Origin: Minisyncoccota bacterium
GTDB lineage: Bacteria > Patescibacteriota > Minisyncoccia > 2-02-FULL-40-12 > GWA2-44-9
Direction of reading: 5' to 3'
NCBI GenBank assembly: GCA_018062285.1
Contig: JAGOSO010000006.1
Coordinates: forward strand, 1-40,097
DNA: 40,097 nt
Shown: positions 17,373-26,964 of the stretch, one piece after another
Numbering within the stretch: the first letter of the stretch is position 1
Layout: the number at the start of each line of letters is the position of its first letter
Program-made: the position numbers and the translations under genes
The notes under the pieces: generated by a model
Told to the model about the DNA's origin: nothing
The model's input: only the letters and a program-made list of their open reading frames with translations
The model's database searches: none

Positions 17373-17931
17373 TCATGTTGGGGAGACTGTCCTTGCTGAG
17401 ATTCCTCAACCAGGGCATGTCTGCGTCCTGTTTGGAAAGGATCGGTCGCCATGGTGATGGGGGCCACGTGATTCCGATATCAGGGTCATTCCACCGGACG
17501 CCGCATTGGTCCTTGGTTCCGCTGTAGTATTCGTCGCAGGTGTATTCGACGTCAGCTTTTTTGGAAAGAACCAGAAACCCGTGAGCGAATCCAGCAGGGA
17601 TGTAGATGGAGAAGTTTGATTCAGAAGAAAGCTCGACCACGGCGTGCTTCTTGAAACTCGGCGAATTGGGCCGAACATCAACGACAACATCCATGATTTT
17701 GCCTCGGATCACTCGTACCACTTTGGCTTGAGGTTTCTGTCGTTGGAAGTGAAGTCCTCGCAAAACGTTCCGGGATGATCGTGAACGGTTGATCTGCACG
17801 ACATTGTGTTTGATGCCGAGACGAAGCATTTCTTTTTGATTGAAAGCTTCGTAGAACACACCACGAGTATCGTGGTGTGTTCTGGGGCACAGAATAAATA
17901 CTCCGGGCAATTTCGTCTCCACCTTTTCCAT
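17356..17931 (-). CDS. rfbC: dTDP-4-dehydrorhamnose 3,5-epimerase
   Basis: DTRGVF, SSRNVLRGLHFQ, DVRPNSP, PAGFAHGF, WNDPDIGITWP. Start ATG 17931, 4 nt after GGAGAG. Confidence 0.92.
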   Translation of the reverse strand: MEKVETKLPGVFILCPRTHHDTRGVFYEAFNQKEMLRLGIKHNVVQINRSRSSRNVLRGLHFQRQKPQAKVVRVIRGKIMDVVVDVRPNSPSFKKHAVVELSSESNFSIYIPAGFAHGFLVLSKKADVEYTCDEYYSGTKDQCGVRWNDPDIGITWPPSPWRPILSKQDADMPWLRNLSKDSLPNMNALRK

Positions 17932-17993
17932 AACACTCTCCAATCGAGTTCAGAATATACCACAGAAGGACTATTGATAACAACAATTACCTA

Positions 17994-18022
17994 TTGACTT
18001 TCTATAAAAATAGGAGTATAAT
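17994..18022 (+). promoter_or_regulatory. Near-consensus sigma70 promoter for the small membrane ORF
   Basis: TTGACT (17994-17999), 17 nt, TATAAT (18017-18022). Confidence 0.75.
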
Positions 18023-18070
18023 ATAAAGACGAGCTTAGTTTTAACAACCTATTTGGCACGGAGGTGCCTG

Positions 18071-18292
18071 ATGAAGAAGAAAGCGGTTGTCCTAGCCATC
18101 CTGATTTTCTGGGTCTGGCTGGGATACCATGACAAGATCTGTGTGTTCCCGCACCCAGAGAACCATATCAGCAACACCTTCCTGTTTTTTATCGCGGTGT
18201 TGCCGATATGGTTTTTTGTGGGACACTTCTTTCTCTTTGCTATATCGTTTTTGATCCTGGCCACAATGTGGTTGTCAGGACTGAAACAGTGA
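18071..18292 (+). CDS. Small hydrophobic hypothetical protein (73 aa)
   Basis: GGAGGTG (18060-18066) 4 nt before ATG; two or three hydrophobic segments; own promoter and terminator. Confidence 0.65.
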   Translation: MKKKAVVLAILIFWVWLGYHDKICVFPHPENHISNTFLFFIAVLPIWFFVGHFFLFAISFLILATMWLSGLKQ

Positions 18293-18313
18293 GAAAGAGT
18301 GGTCAGACGGCGT

Positions 18314-18347
18314 CCGCCATCGTTGTTACGGTGGCGGCTCTTTTATT
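18314..18347 (+). terminator. Terminator after the small ORF, convergent with the topA operon
   Basis: ccgccatcgt-tgtt-acggtggcgg followed by ctcttttatt. Confidence 0.7.
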
Positions 18348-18636
18348 CCGCTGAAGAGAACTTTTTGGTGTTCTTGCACTTCGGGAAATTGGAGCAGGCT
18401 TTGAACTTTCCAAATTGGCCGGTACGGATGAGGAAGTGGCCAGTGTTGCATTTGTCGCAGATCTCATCAGTCTCGACTGGTTTCTCGGCGCCTGCAGCAG
18501 GCGTCTTTTTTTCTATGTATTTGCAGTTGGGATAATTTGAGCAAGCGGTGAAGTTGCCAAATCGGCCAGACTTAACGGCGAGGTGACCAACATTACATTC
18601 AGGACAAGTTTTACCAGCGTTTCCTTGGTTTAACAT
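18343..18636 (-). CDS. Stand-alone topoisomerase C4 zinc-ribbon repeat protein (YrdD-like)
   Basis: Two repeats, CPEC..GRFG.F.ACSNYPNC and CDKC..GQFGKF.ACSNFPKC. Confidence 0.85.
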   Translation of the reverse strand: MLNQGNAGKTCPECNVGHLAVKSGRFGNFTACSNYPNCKYIEKKTPAAGAEKPVETDEICDKCNTGHFLIRTGQFGKFKACSNFPKCKNTKKFSSAE

Positions 18637-18646
18637 TTTTGTTTAT

Positions 18647-20947
18647 TTATTCTGTTGGTGCAACTTCATCAGTCTTTTCTTCGACTGGAGCTTCTTCGGT
18701 GGCAACTTCTTTTTTAGGCGTCTTCTTTTTGAATCCGGTCTTGAAACCTTTCTTGGCTCCGGCTGGTTTAGGCGGCTTGGCTTTCCAGGCGGCGAGAGCG
18801 GTTTGTAATTCTTCTTCACTTTCTGGTTTCTTGCTCATTAAGAAAGTACAATCTGGCCAGCGAGAGCAGGCGTAGAATGTTTTTCCACGGCCCCTGGATT
18901 TCTTTTCAACAACATCACCGGTAATACAGTTTGGGCATTTGAATCCTGTCTTGTTGAAGATCTTCATGATGCCTTTGCAGGTTGGATAATCAACACAGCC
19001 AAGGAAGTAGCCAAATCGCCCACGTTTAACTTCCATTGGTTTAGAACAGATTGGGCAAATTTCACCTTTGGTCTTTTCTTCGAGTTCTTTAATTTTGGCG
19101 GCTTCTTCGGGGAGCGGAAGACTGACCTTGCTACCGGGTTCTGGGCAGGCCAAGAATTTGCCCATGCGTCCGAATTTAACCAACATCATTTTGTCGCAAT
19201 GTGGGCAAGGGGTAGTTGATTCAACAATTAATTTTTCAACGCTCTCAGTTTTTTCTTTTAAGTTCTTACTGAACGGGGTATAGAATTCTTCGACGACAGG
19301 AACCCATTTAATTTTACCTTCAGCGATATCGTCGAATTCTTCTTCGATGTGGGAGGTAAAATTAATGTCGATGACTTCAGGAAAGTTTTCGACAAGCATG
19401 TCATTAACCGAGAATCCAATTTCGGTTGGTTTGTATTTCTTGTCTTCTTTTTCAACATAGCCACGATCTTGAACAGTTGTTAACGTTGGGGCATAAGTTG
19501 AAGGGCGACCAACGCCGGCAGCTTCAAGGGCTTTAATCAAAGATGCGTCAGTGTAGCGTGGCGGTGGTTCTGTAAAGTGCTGATCTTTGGCCAGATCAAC
19601 TAAATTCAATAATTCTTTCTGTGCTAATTCTGGGAGCTGCCCTTCTTCGTAGGAATCTTCTTCGCTCTTTTCATCTTCTTCTTTAGTTTCAGTGTAAGCA
19701 CGAATGAAGCCGTCAAATTTAACAGCTTGGCCGTTCGCGCGGAAGGTGTATTTTGAACCAGCTGAAATATCAGCAGCGGTTTGATCAAGAATTGCAACCT
19801 GCATTTGGCAGGCGATGGTGCGTTTCCAGATTAAGTCATACAAACGAATCTGCCCAGAATCCATACCAGCATCAAGGCTTTCTGGTAAGCGAGATAAATC
19901 AGTTGGGCGGACAGCTTCGTGGGCTTCTTGGGCGCCTTTGGATTTGTTCAAGAATGAACGGGGAGCATCAAGGGTGTATTTGTCACCAAATTGTTTTTTG
20001 ATTACTTCTTGGGCTTGGGCAAGAGCAATCTCAGAGATATGTAAACTGTCGGTACGCATGTAAGTGATCATACCGGTTTCATACAAGCGCTGAGCCAAGG
20101 TCATGGTCTGCTTGGCAGAGAAACCTAATTTCTTGGCTGCTTCTTGTTGGAGTGTTGAAGTTGTAAATGGCGCAGGTGGTGTTCGACGGACTTCTTTTTT
20201 AACAACATCAATGATTTTGTATTCTGCACCTTCTAATTCAGATGTAATCTTGGCAGCATCGGCTGAATTTTTTACACCTAAGCGATCGATTGATTCTTCG
20301 CCAATTTTAACTAAACGAGCACGGAATGTTTTAGTCTCATCTTTTTTGGATAGGTCAGCTTCTACAGACCAGTATTCCTGGGGAACGAATTTTTGTATTT
20401 CTCTTTCACGCTCAACGATTAATCGAACAGCAATACTCTGAACTCGGCCAGCCGAAAGCCCAGAACGAATCTTTTTCCAAAGGAAAGGTGAGAGTTTGTA
20501 GCCCACAAGACGGTCGATGATGCGGCGGGCTTGTTGGGCGTCAACTAGATTCTGGTCAATTTCGCGTGGGTGAGCGATAGCTTTTTCGATAGCGGTTTTG
20601 GTAATTTCATGGAAGACAACACGCTGAGATTTAGTTGTATTGGATTTTTTGTCTAAACCAAGAGCGTGGGCCAAATGCCAGGCAATAGCTTCTCCTTCAC
20701 GGTCAGGGTCGGTCGCAAGAATAATCATGTCAGCCTTCTCGGCATCTCTCTTTAGCTCCCCGACAATTTTCTTAGCCTTAGTCGGGATGATGTATTCTGG
20801 CTTGAAGTCATGGGCGATATCAATGCCGATCCCTTTTTTTGGTAGATCGCGGATATGACCAAAGGAAGATTTAACAATAAAATCGCCGCCGAGGAAGCGG
20901 GAAATAGTCTTGGCTTTAGTTGGGGACTCAACGATGATTAATTGCAT
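18647..20947 (-). CDS. topA: DNA topoisomerase I (type IA)
   Basis: IVESPTKA, ATDPDREGEAI, SAGRVQS, ITYMRTD, EAHEAVRPT, GRPSTY, three zinc ribbons, Lys-rich tail. Confidence 0.97.
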   Translation of the reverse strand: MQLIIVESPTKAKTISRFLGGDFIVKSSFGHIRDLPKKGIGIDIAHDFKPEYIIPTKAKKIVGELKRDAEKADMIILATDPDREGEAIAWHLAHALGLDKKSNTTKSQRVVFHEITKTAIEKAIAHPREIDQNLVDAQQARRIIDRLVGYKLSPFLWKKIRSGLSAGRVQSIAVRLIVEREREIQKFVPQEYWSVEADLSKKDETKTFRARLVKIGEESIDRLGVKNSADAAKITSELEGAEYKIIDVVKKEVRRTPPAPFTTSTLQQEAAKKLGFSAKQTMTLAQRLYETGMITYMRTDSLHISEIALAQAQEVIKKQFGDKYTLDAPRSFLNKSKGAQEAHEAVRPTDLSRLPESLDAGMDSGQIRLYDLIWKRTIACQMQVAILDQTAADISAGSKYTFRANGQAVKFDGFIRAYTETKEEDEKSEEDSYEEGQLPELAQKELLNLVDLAKDQHFTEPPPRYTDASLIKALEAAGVGRPSTYAPTLTTVQDRGYVEKEDKKYKPTEIGFSVNDMLVENFPEVIDINFTSHIEEEFDDIAEGKIKWVPVVEEFYTPFSKNLKEKTESVEKLIVESTTPCPHCDKMMLVKFGRMGKFLACPEPGSKVSLPLPEEAAKIKELEEKTKGEICPICSKPMEVKRGRFGYFLGCVDYPTCKGIMKIFNKTGFKCPNCITGDVVEKKSRGRGKTFYACSRWPDCTFLMSKKPESEEELQTALAAWKAKPPKPAGAKKGFKTGFKKKTPKKEVATEEAPVEEKTDEVAPTE

Positions 20948-20975
20948 TTAGTTTATTTAATCTTCAATCTTTTTA

Positions 20976-21836
20976 TTATGCCTTCCTGAATATCCCTCCC
21001 GCCATTTGTTTGACGTGGCCCTGGATCTCCATTAGGGCCAAAGCACCCATTGCTTCAGAAGCACCAAGCTTACTCTGTTCGATGATGCTATCTATATTAA
21101 GGGGTCCCTGAGACTCTAGTATAGCAAGAATAGTAGCATGGATTGGGTCTATTGTGGAAAGGTGGGCCGATTTTCCAAGGGGAAGCTTGGAATAATCTTC
21201 TAGCACGTCATGTGCTGAAGCGACAAGTTTTGCTCCGGTTCTGATGAGCTTGTGGGGCCCCATGGATTTGCTAGAGAAGATATTCCCTGGGACAGCAAAG
21301 ACGTCACGGTTTTGTTCTCCAGCAAGTCGTGCGGTAATCAAGGAACCACTTTTCTCATCTGCTTCAATGACTAAGACACCCTTCGATAAACCACTTACAA
21401 TCCGATCGCGGATCGCCCAGTTAGATGCAAAAATCCTACTCCCGACTTTATACTCAGAAATAAGTAGTCCGCCATGTTTTAAAATGTCTTGAGCCAGCCT
21501 GTGGTTTGTCTGTGGTGTTGGGTGCTCAACATCGGTACCGAGAACGGCGATTGTTTTTCCTCCACAGTCCAGCGTGGCTCTTTGGGCAATGGCATCAACA
21601 CCAAGAGCCATACCACTGACAATTGTAAAATGGCGGGCGAGTCCGGGGACAATTTGTTGAGTTGCTTCTTTGCCGTAAGGGGTCATTGACCTAGTGCCCA
21701 CCACGGCAAAACACTCGGTGTTTAAAAGAGACACATCACCTCGACAATATAGTATCGCCGGAGGATCTGCTATCTGGCGTAGTAGTTTGGGGTAAGCTTT
21801 TGACTTCAAGGCCAACTCCACAACTGGGTAGTCCAT
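20976..21836 (-). CDS. dprA: DNA-processing protein DprA (no N-terminal SAM domain)
   Basis: AVVGTR, IVSGMALGVDA, RDRIVSGLS, SGSLITA, VFAVPG, C-terminal winged helix. Confidence 0.93.
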   Translation of the reverse strand: MDYPVVELALKSKAYPKLLRQIADPPAILYCRGDVSLLNTECFAVVGTRSMTPYGKEATQQIVPGLARHFTIVSGMALGVDAIAQRATLDCGGKTIAVLGTDVEHPTPQTNHRLAQDILKHGGLLISEYKVGSRIFASNWAIRDRIVSGLSKGVLVIEADEKSGSLITARLAGEQNRDVFAVPGNIFSSKSMGPHKLIRTGAKLVASAHDVLEDYSKLPLGKSAHLSTIDPIHATILAILESQGPLNIDSIIEQSKLGASEAMGALALMEIQGHVKQMAGGIFRKA

Positions 21837-21902
21837 TATATGTATATATTACCTTGCTAAACTAGAAAAGCGCAAGTTAATGTGCTAAAGTTTATATATC
21901 AT

Positions 21903-22625
21903 ATGCATCTATCTGTTATTATTCCAGCCAAGAACGAAGAACGCCTCATTGAGTCGACTGTCACTTCTGTTTTTAAATATTTATCATCTAAAAATATTAG
22001 CCACGAGATATTGGTCGTGACTAACAAATCAACCGATAAGACTGGCGAGATCGTTAATCGGTTACAAAACTCCACTGTTCCCACTGTGAGTTTAATGGAT
22101 TATCCAAACAACGGGGGGAAGGGTTTTGCGGTTAAGGAAGGCATGCTAAAAGCAGTTGGTGATTATCGTTTGTTTATGGATGCCGATAATTCAACTACCA
22201 TTAACCACATAGAAAGAATGATGCCTTATTTCTATAAGGGCTACGGCGTTGTTATTGGTTCAATTGCCGTTGAGGGTAAAACCGTTACAAAGGGAAGCGA
22301 GCCATTCTGGAGAATTTTGTTTGGGCGCATGGGTAACTTATTTATTCAGGTAATGGCGGTTCCTGGAATTCGTGACACTCAGCGTGGTTTCAAAATGGTA
22401 ACCGCTAAAGCTGCTCAAGATGTTTTTCCGAAGATAACTATTTTGCAGTGGGGATTTGATGCGGAGATGTTGGCTTTGGCGCGTAAGTTCGGACACAAGA
22501 TCAAAGAGGTTCCTGTTGATTGGAATAATGGCTCAAATTCCCGTGTCAGTCTTAAGACTTATTTTGAAGTATTGTTAGATACAGTAAAAATCCGCTGGAA
22601 TCTTTTAACGGGTAAATATAACTAA
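21903..22625 (+). CDS. GT2 polyprenol-phosphate glycosyltransferase (DPM/Alg5-like)
   Basis: SVIIPAKNEE, GKGFAVKEG, FMDADNS, DTQRGFK, FDAEML. Confidence 0.85.
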   Translation: MHLSVIIPAKNEERLIESTVTSVFKYLSSKNISHEILVVTNKSTDKTGEIVNRLQNSTVPTVSLMDYPNNGGKGFAVKEGMLKAVGDYRLFMDADNSTTINHIERMMPYFYKGYGVVIGSIAVEGKTVTKGSEPFWRILFGRMGNLFIQVMAVPGIRDTQRGFKMVTAKAAQDVFPKITILQWGFDAEMLALARKFGHKIKEVPVDWNNGSNSRVSLKTYFEVLLDTVKIRWNLLTGKYN

Positions 22626-23630
22626 GTGTTAAACGAATTTAGACAAGATCTAATTTCTGGCGAGTGGATTCTTTTTTCGACTGCTCGGGCCAAGAAGCCT
22701 CATCCGAAAGATGAGGGACCATTCTATCAATCGAAAGAGGAATGTTTTTTTGAGCCAGAAAAAATGAACCAACAGGAAACTCCTGTTGTCATATACAACA
22801 AGGGACAGAAAGTTTCAGATTTGTCTGGAGAATGGACAACTGTCGTTATTCCTAATAAATTCCCAGCCTTAACGAAGGGTGTTTGTTCCAAATCCCGTTC
22901 GGTCGGTCCTTTTGCTGTTGTTGATGGTAATGGTTTCCATGAACTGGTCATAACTCGAGATCACGAAAAGAGTTTTGCCCAGTTCTCAGAAGAAGAAACG
23001 TCTGAGATCCTGAGAGTTTATCTGGAGCGATATAGGGAAATTTCAAAAGATGATTGCGGGCAATACATATCAATCTTCCATAATCATGGACGTTTGGCTG
23101 GTGGCTCTGTTTACCATCATCATTCTCAAATCATATCCATGCCCATGGTCCCATCTTTTATTTCTCGTCATCTCGATTCCGCCAAAAAGTATTTTGATAA
23201 AACCGGAAAGAATATTCATCAAGATTTAATTGATTGGGAGGTTTCAGAAGGCAAGAGAATTGTCTATCAGAATGAGGGTTTTATTGCTATTTGTCCCTAT
23301 GTAAGTAAGACCGAATACGAGATTGTTATTTTCCCAAAGAAAGATAAACCAGATTTCATAGATATCTCAGAAGAAGAGGTTCCACTTTTGGCCAACATCT
23401 TGAATGGTGTCTTGGGCAAGCTCTACAAGGCTTTGGATAATGTTGATTATGCTTTTTTTATCCATACTGTTCCGCCCAATAAGGAGGGTGTGCTTGGCCA
23501 TGCTAATTACCGGTGGCATTTGGAGATTATTCCAAGAGTCAAAATTGATGCGGGTCTTGAGTTGGGGACTGGTGTCTTGGTTAATACTGTTGACCCAGAT
23601 GAAGCCGCTAATTTATTACGTAACTCTTAA
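22626..23630 (+). CDS. galT: Galactose-1-phosphate uridylyltransferase family protein
   Basis: RQDLISGEW..RAKKP, NKFPAL, HELVI, N.G..AG.S..HHHSQ, WHLEIIPR. Confidence 0.8.
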   Translation: MLNEFRQDLISGEWILFSTARAKKPHPKDEGPFYQSKEECFFEPEKMNQQETPVVIYNKGQKVSDLSGEWTTVVIPNKFPALTKGVCSKSRSVGPFAVVDGNGFHELVITRDHEKSFAQFSEEETSEILRVYLERYREISKDDCGQYISIFHNHGRLAGGSVYHHHSQIISMPMVPSFISRHLDSAKKYFDKTGKNIHQDLIDWEVSEGKRIVYQNEGFIAICPYVSKTEYEIVIFPKKDKPDFIDISEEEVPLLANILNGVLGKLYKALDNVDYAFFIHTVPPNKEGVLGHANYRWHLEIIPRVKIDAGLELGTGVLVNTVDPDEAANLLRNS

Positions 23631-23635
23631 ATATT

Positions 23636-24241
23636 ATGATTACAGAATTTTTATCTAATTTCGTAGTGCATGTTCTCACAGGGCTTGGCTATACAGGACT
23701 ATTTGTCCTTTCTCTTCTTGAAAGTGCGGCCATTCCAATACCATCAGAGATAGTTTTGCCATTTGCTGGGTTTTTGGTGGCATCAGGTCAATTTTTGTTT
23801 TGGCCAGCAGTATTATTGGCCACTTTGGGTAATATAGTTGGTTCGGCTATTTTGTTCTGGGTTGGAATTTCTGGTGGTCGCTGGATTTTAGAAAAATATG
23901 GCAAGTATGTTTTTATTCATGACAAAGAAATTGAAAAGGGTGATGCATGGTTTGCTCGGCATGGAGTCAAGGCTGTTTTTTGGGGAAGAATGATGCCAAT
24001 TGTTCGAACGTTTATTTCTTTGCCCGCAGGAGTAAATAAAATGAATTTTAAAAAATTTTTAGTATTTACTTCTTTTGGAGCTTTGCCTTGGAATTTCGCA
24101 CTGGTTTATTTGGGGATTAAAGCAGGAGAGAATTGGGATTCCTTCCGTCCGTACTTTCATATTTTTGATTATGTTATTGGTGTCATAGTCGTCGCTTTGG
24201 TTATCCGGCATTTTATTAAGAATAAAAAACATAGCCATTAA
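23636..24241 (+). CDS. dedA: DedA family membrane protein
   Basis: LES..IPIPSE..LPFAG, GRMMPIVRTFISLPAG. Confidence 0.9.
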   Translation: MITEFLSNFVVHVLTGLGYTGLFVLSLLESAAIPIPSEIVLPFAGFLVASGQFLFWPAVLLATLGNIVGSAILFWVGISGGRWILEKYGKYVFIHDKEIEKGDAWFARHGVKAVFWGRMMPIVRTFISLPAGVNKMNFKKFLVFTSFGALPWNFALVYLGIKAGENWDSFRPYFHIFDYVIGVIVVALVIRHFIKNKKHSH

Positions 24242-25005
24242 TGAAAAAATACATTGTCGCTAATTGGAAAATGAATCCATCTTCCCTCGCTGAAGCCGAG
24301 GATATTTTGTCTTATGTTGATGAGCACCTTAAGGATGGATCTAAAAAGGCTGATCAATCTTTGATAATTTGCCCGCCATTTGTTTTTTTGGACGACATGA
24401 GTAAAATGTTGGAGACTTCCCATTTGTTTGAAATGGCGGAGCTTGGCGCCCAAGATATTGCTTTGGCCGATTCCGGGGCTTGGACCGGGGAAGTTTCCGG
24501 CAAGATGTTAAAAAGACTCAAGGTTAAATATGTTATTGTCGGCCACTCTGAAAGACGGTGGAAGATGGGGGAGACGGATGAAATAGTTAATAAAAAAATA
24601 AAAACTGTCTTAGCAAATGAAATGACGCCCATTGTTTGTGTTGGGGAACGTGAGAGAGGCAGTGATTACAAAGAATTTTTAAAAAAGCAGATTGAAAAAA
24701 CTTTTGCTGGCTTATCTTCTGATGAGATAGGTAAATGCATGATTGCCTACGAGCCAGTCTGGGCTATTTCTACTAATCCCGATGCTAAGCCTGACACCCC
24801 TGAATCTGCCCTTGGGTCTGTGGAAATAATTAAAGAAGTTCTCGTTTCTAATTTTGGTATTAGTGCTTCGAGTTTGCTTTTCTTGTATGGTGGCTCTATC
24901 ACTGCCTCAAACGCAAAATCGTTCTTGTCTCTTGGTGGGGTCGCTGGTGTTCTCGTGGGAAGTGCCAGTGTTATAAAAGAAGAATTTGTTCAGATACTAA
25001 AATAA
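24241..25005 (+). CDS. tpiA: Triosephosphate isomerase
   Basis: ANWKMN, GHSERR, AYEPVWAI, LYGGS, LVGSAS. Confidence 0.95.
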   Translation: MKKYIVANWKMNPSSLAEAEDILSYVDEHLKDGSKKADQSLIICPPFVFLDDMSKMLETSHLFEMAELGAQDIALADSGAWTGEVSGKMLKRLKVKYVIVGHSERRWKMGETDEIVNKKIKTVLANEMTPIVCVGERERGSDYKEFLKKQIEKTFAGLSSDEIGKCMIAYEPVWAISTNPDAKPDTPESALGSVEIIKEVLVSNFGISASSLLFLYGGSITASNAKSFLSLGGVAGVLVGSASVIKEEFVQILK

Positions 25006-26087
25006 TGAAAACAATAACAGATATCCCAGATCTAAAAGATAAAAAAGTCCTTATAAGGGTGGACTTTGATGTACCAGTGAGTGATAAAGGGCAAATTGAG
25101 GAATCTTTTAGAATTAAGAAACAAAAAGAAAATTTGGATTATCTGATTAATCATGGGGCCAAGGTTGTTATGGTTGCCCATATTTCAGATGAGTCAGTTG
25201 GAAAATCTTTCGACGCTCTGGTTCCTCAGCTGCATATTCTTTTGGGCTATGAATTTAATTTTATAAAATCGGTTTCAGAAATCGGTGCTTATCTTGAAAA
25301 ATATTCTGGTCCAGCATTACTAGAAAACGTTCGCAAGAACGAAGGGGAAGAAAAAAACGACTCAGAGTTCGCTAAGCAATTGGCTCAAGGTTTTGATCTG
25401 TATGTAAATAATGATTTTGCTGTTTGTCACCGTGATCACGCTTCGGTTTCTGGTGTTGCCAAGATTTTGCCAAGCTTCGCTGGTCTTTTGGTGGAACAGG
25501 AAGTTGCTCAATTGAACAAGGTTATCGATGCCCCCAAGGAAGGCAAGATTGTGATCATGGGCGGAGCCAAGGCTTCAACCAAGGTGCCAGTAATTAAAAA
25601 CTTAATCGACAAATCTGAAGCCATATTATTAGGTGGTGTTGTCGCTAACGATGTCCTAAGAGAGAAGGGGCAGGATATGGGTAGTTCCGTTGTTGATTCG
25701 GATTCAAAAGATCTGTTGGCCGGGCTGGATTTAAATGACTCTCGATTAATTGCTCCAAAAGATTTCATAATTTTTGATAATAAGATTTTGGATGTGGGGG
25801 ATGAGACGATGGCGCAGTACATGGCGATGATTAAAACAGCTAAGTTGATAATCTGGAATGGTCCACTTGGTTTGTTTGAAAATCCAGTCTTTGCAAAGGG
25901 GACAAATGAGGTTGCTCAGGCCATTTTAGATTCCGGCGCAGTTTCGATAATCGGTGGAGGTGACACTGTATCTGCAGTAGATAAGATTGGTCTTTTGGAT
26001 AAATTTGGTTTTGTCTCAACTGGTGGCGGTGCCATGCTGGCATTTTTAGCCGGCGACAAATTGCCGGGCCTAGAAGTTTTGAATTAA
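25005..26087 (+). CDS. pgk: Phosphoglycerate kinase (short, diverged substrate site)
   Basis: RVDFDVP, LLENVR, CHRDHAS, GGAK, WNGPLGLFE, GGGDT, STGGGA. Confidence 0.9.
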   Translation: MKTITDIPDLKDKKVLIRVDFDVPVSDKGQIEESFRIKKQKENLDYLINHGAKVVMVAHISDESVGKSFDALVPQLHILLGYEFNFIKSVSEIGAYLEKYSGPALLENVRKNEGEEKNDSEFAKQLAQGFDLYVNNDFAVCHRDHASVSGVAKILPSFAGLLVEQEVAQLNKVIDAPKEGKIVIMGGAKASTKVPVIKNLIDKSEAILLGGVVANDVLREKGQDMGSSVVDSDSKDLLAGLDLNDSRLIAPKDFIIFDNKILDVGDETMAQYMAMIKTAKLIIWNGPLGLFENPVFAKGTNEVAQAILDSGAVSIIGGGDTVSAVDKIGLLDKFGFVSTGGGAMLAFLAGDKLPGLEVLN

Positions 26088-26088
26088 T

Positions 26089-26964
26089 ATGGAAAAAGAA
26101 ATTACAAAAGATATTATCGTTTTCTATCACGGGCTTTGTCTGGATGGATTTACTTCTGCTTGGGCTGCTTGGAAGAAGTTTGGTGATACGGCAGAATATA
26201 TTCCTTTAATTTGGACGAGCCTTAAGCCGGATCAAATTCCTCAAATTGAAAATAAGGAAGTTTATTTTTTAGATTTTACTCCAAGAAAAGAAGAGGTGGA
26301 GAGAATTATTAGGGACAACAAAGTTGTTCAGATTATAGATCACCATATTAGCGTGGAAGAGACTTTAAAAACTGTACCCAATGCGATCTATGATGTTTCT
26401 CATTCCGGCGCAGTGTTGAGTTGGAATTTTTTTCACCCAAACAAAGCTGTTCCTCAGTTGAGTTTATATGTTGAGGATGGCGATCTTTGGAAGTGGTCTA
26501 TCCCAAAATCAGCCGAAGTTTTAAATGTGATTGACTTAAAGAGAGAATTTGATTTTAGTGTCTGGGATTCTTTGTACAAAGATCTTGAAGATGAAAAAAC
26601 AAGAATTAGTTACGAAGAAAAAGGAGAACTTATAAAACAGTACAGGGATAAGGTCATAGACATAATAATAAAAGAGCAGGCTCAGGTTGTTGATTTTGAG
26701 GGCCATGAAATATATGCCATAAATGCCCCTCGCTATTTTAAATCAGAAATAGGAAATGTCTTGTCTCATCGAAAACCACCATTCGCTATCGTTTGGAGTC
26801 AGACTCCCGATGATGTGTCCGTGTCGCTCAGATCTATAAAAGATTTTGATTTAGTCCCCATGGCGACTAAATATAATGGTGGTGGCCATGAACATGCGGC
26901 AAATTTTAGGTTGCCACTAGGAAGTCCTTTGCCTTGGAAAATAATAAAAGAAGATGAAAAATAA
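26089..26964 (+). CDS. DHH/DHHA1 family phosphoesterase (nanoRNase-like)
   Basis: YH..C.DG, LDF, IDHH, SGA, D.DLW, SLRS, GGGH..AA. Confidence 0.85.
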   Translation: MEKEITKDIIVFYHGLCLDGFTSAWAAWKKFGDTAEYIPLIWTSLKPDQIPQIENKEVYFLDFTPRKEEVERIIRDNKVVQIIDHHISVEETLKTVPNAIYDVSHSGAVLSWNFFHPNKAVPQLSLYVEDGDLWKWSIPKSAEVLNVIDLKREFDFSVWDSLYKDLEDEKTRISYEEKGELIKQYRDKVIDIIIKEQAQVVDFEGHEIYAINAPRYFKSEIGNVLSHRKPPFAIVWSQTPDDVSVSLRSIKDFDLVPMATKYNGGGHEHAANFRLPLGSPLPWKIIKEDEK

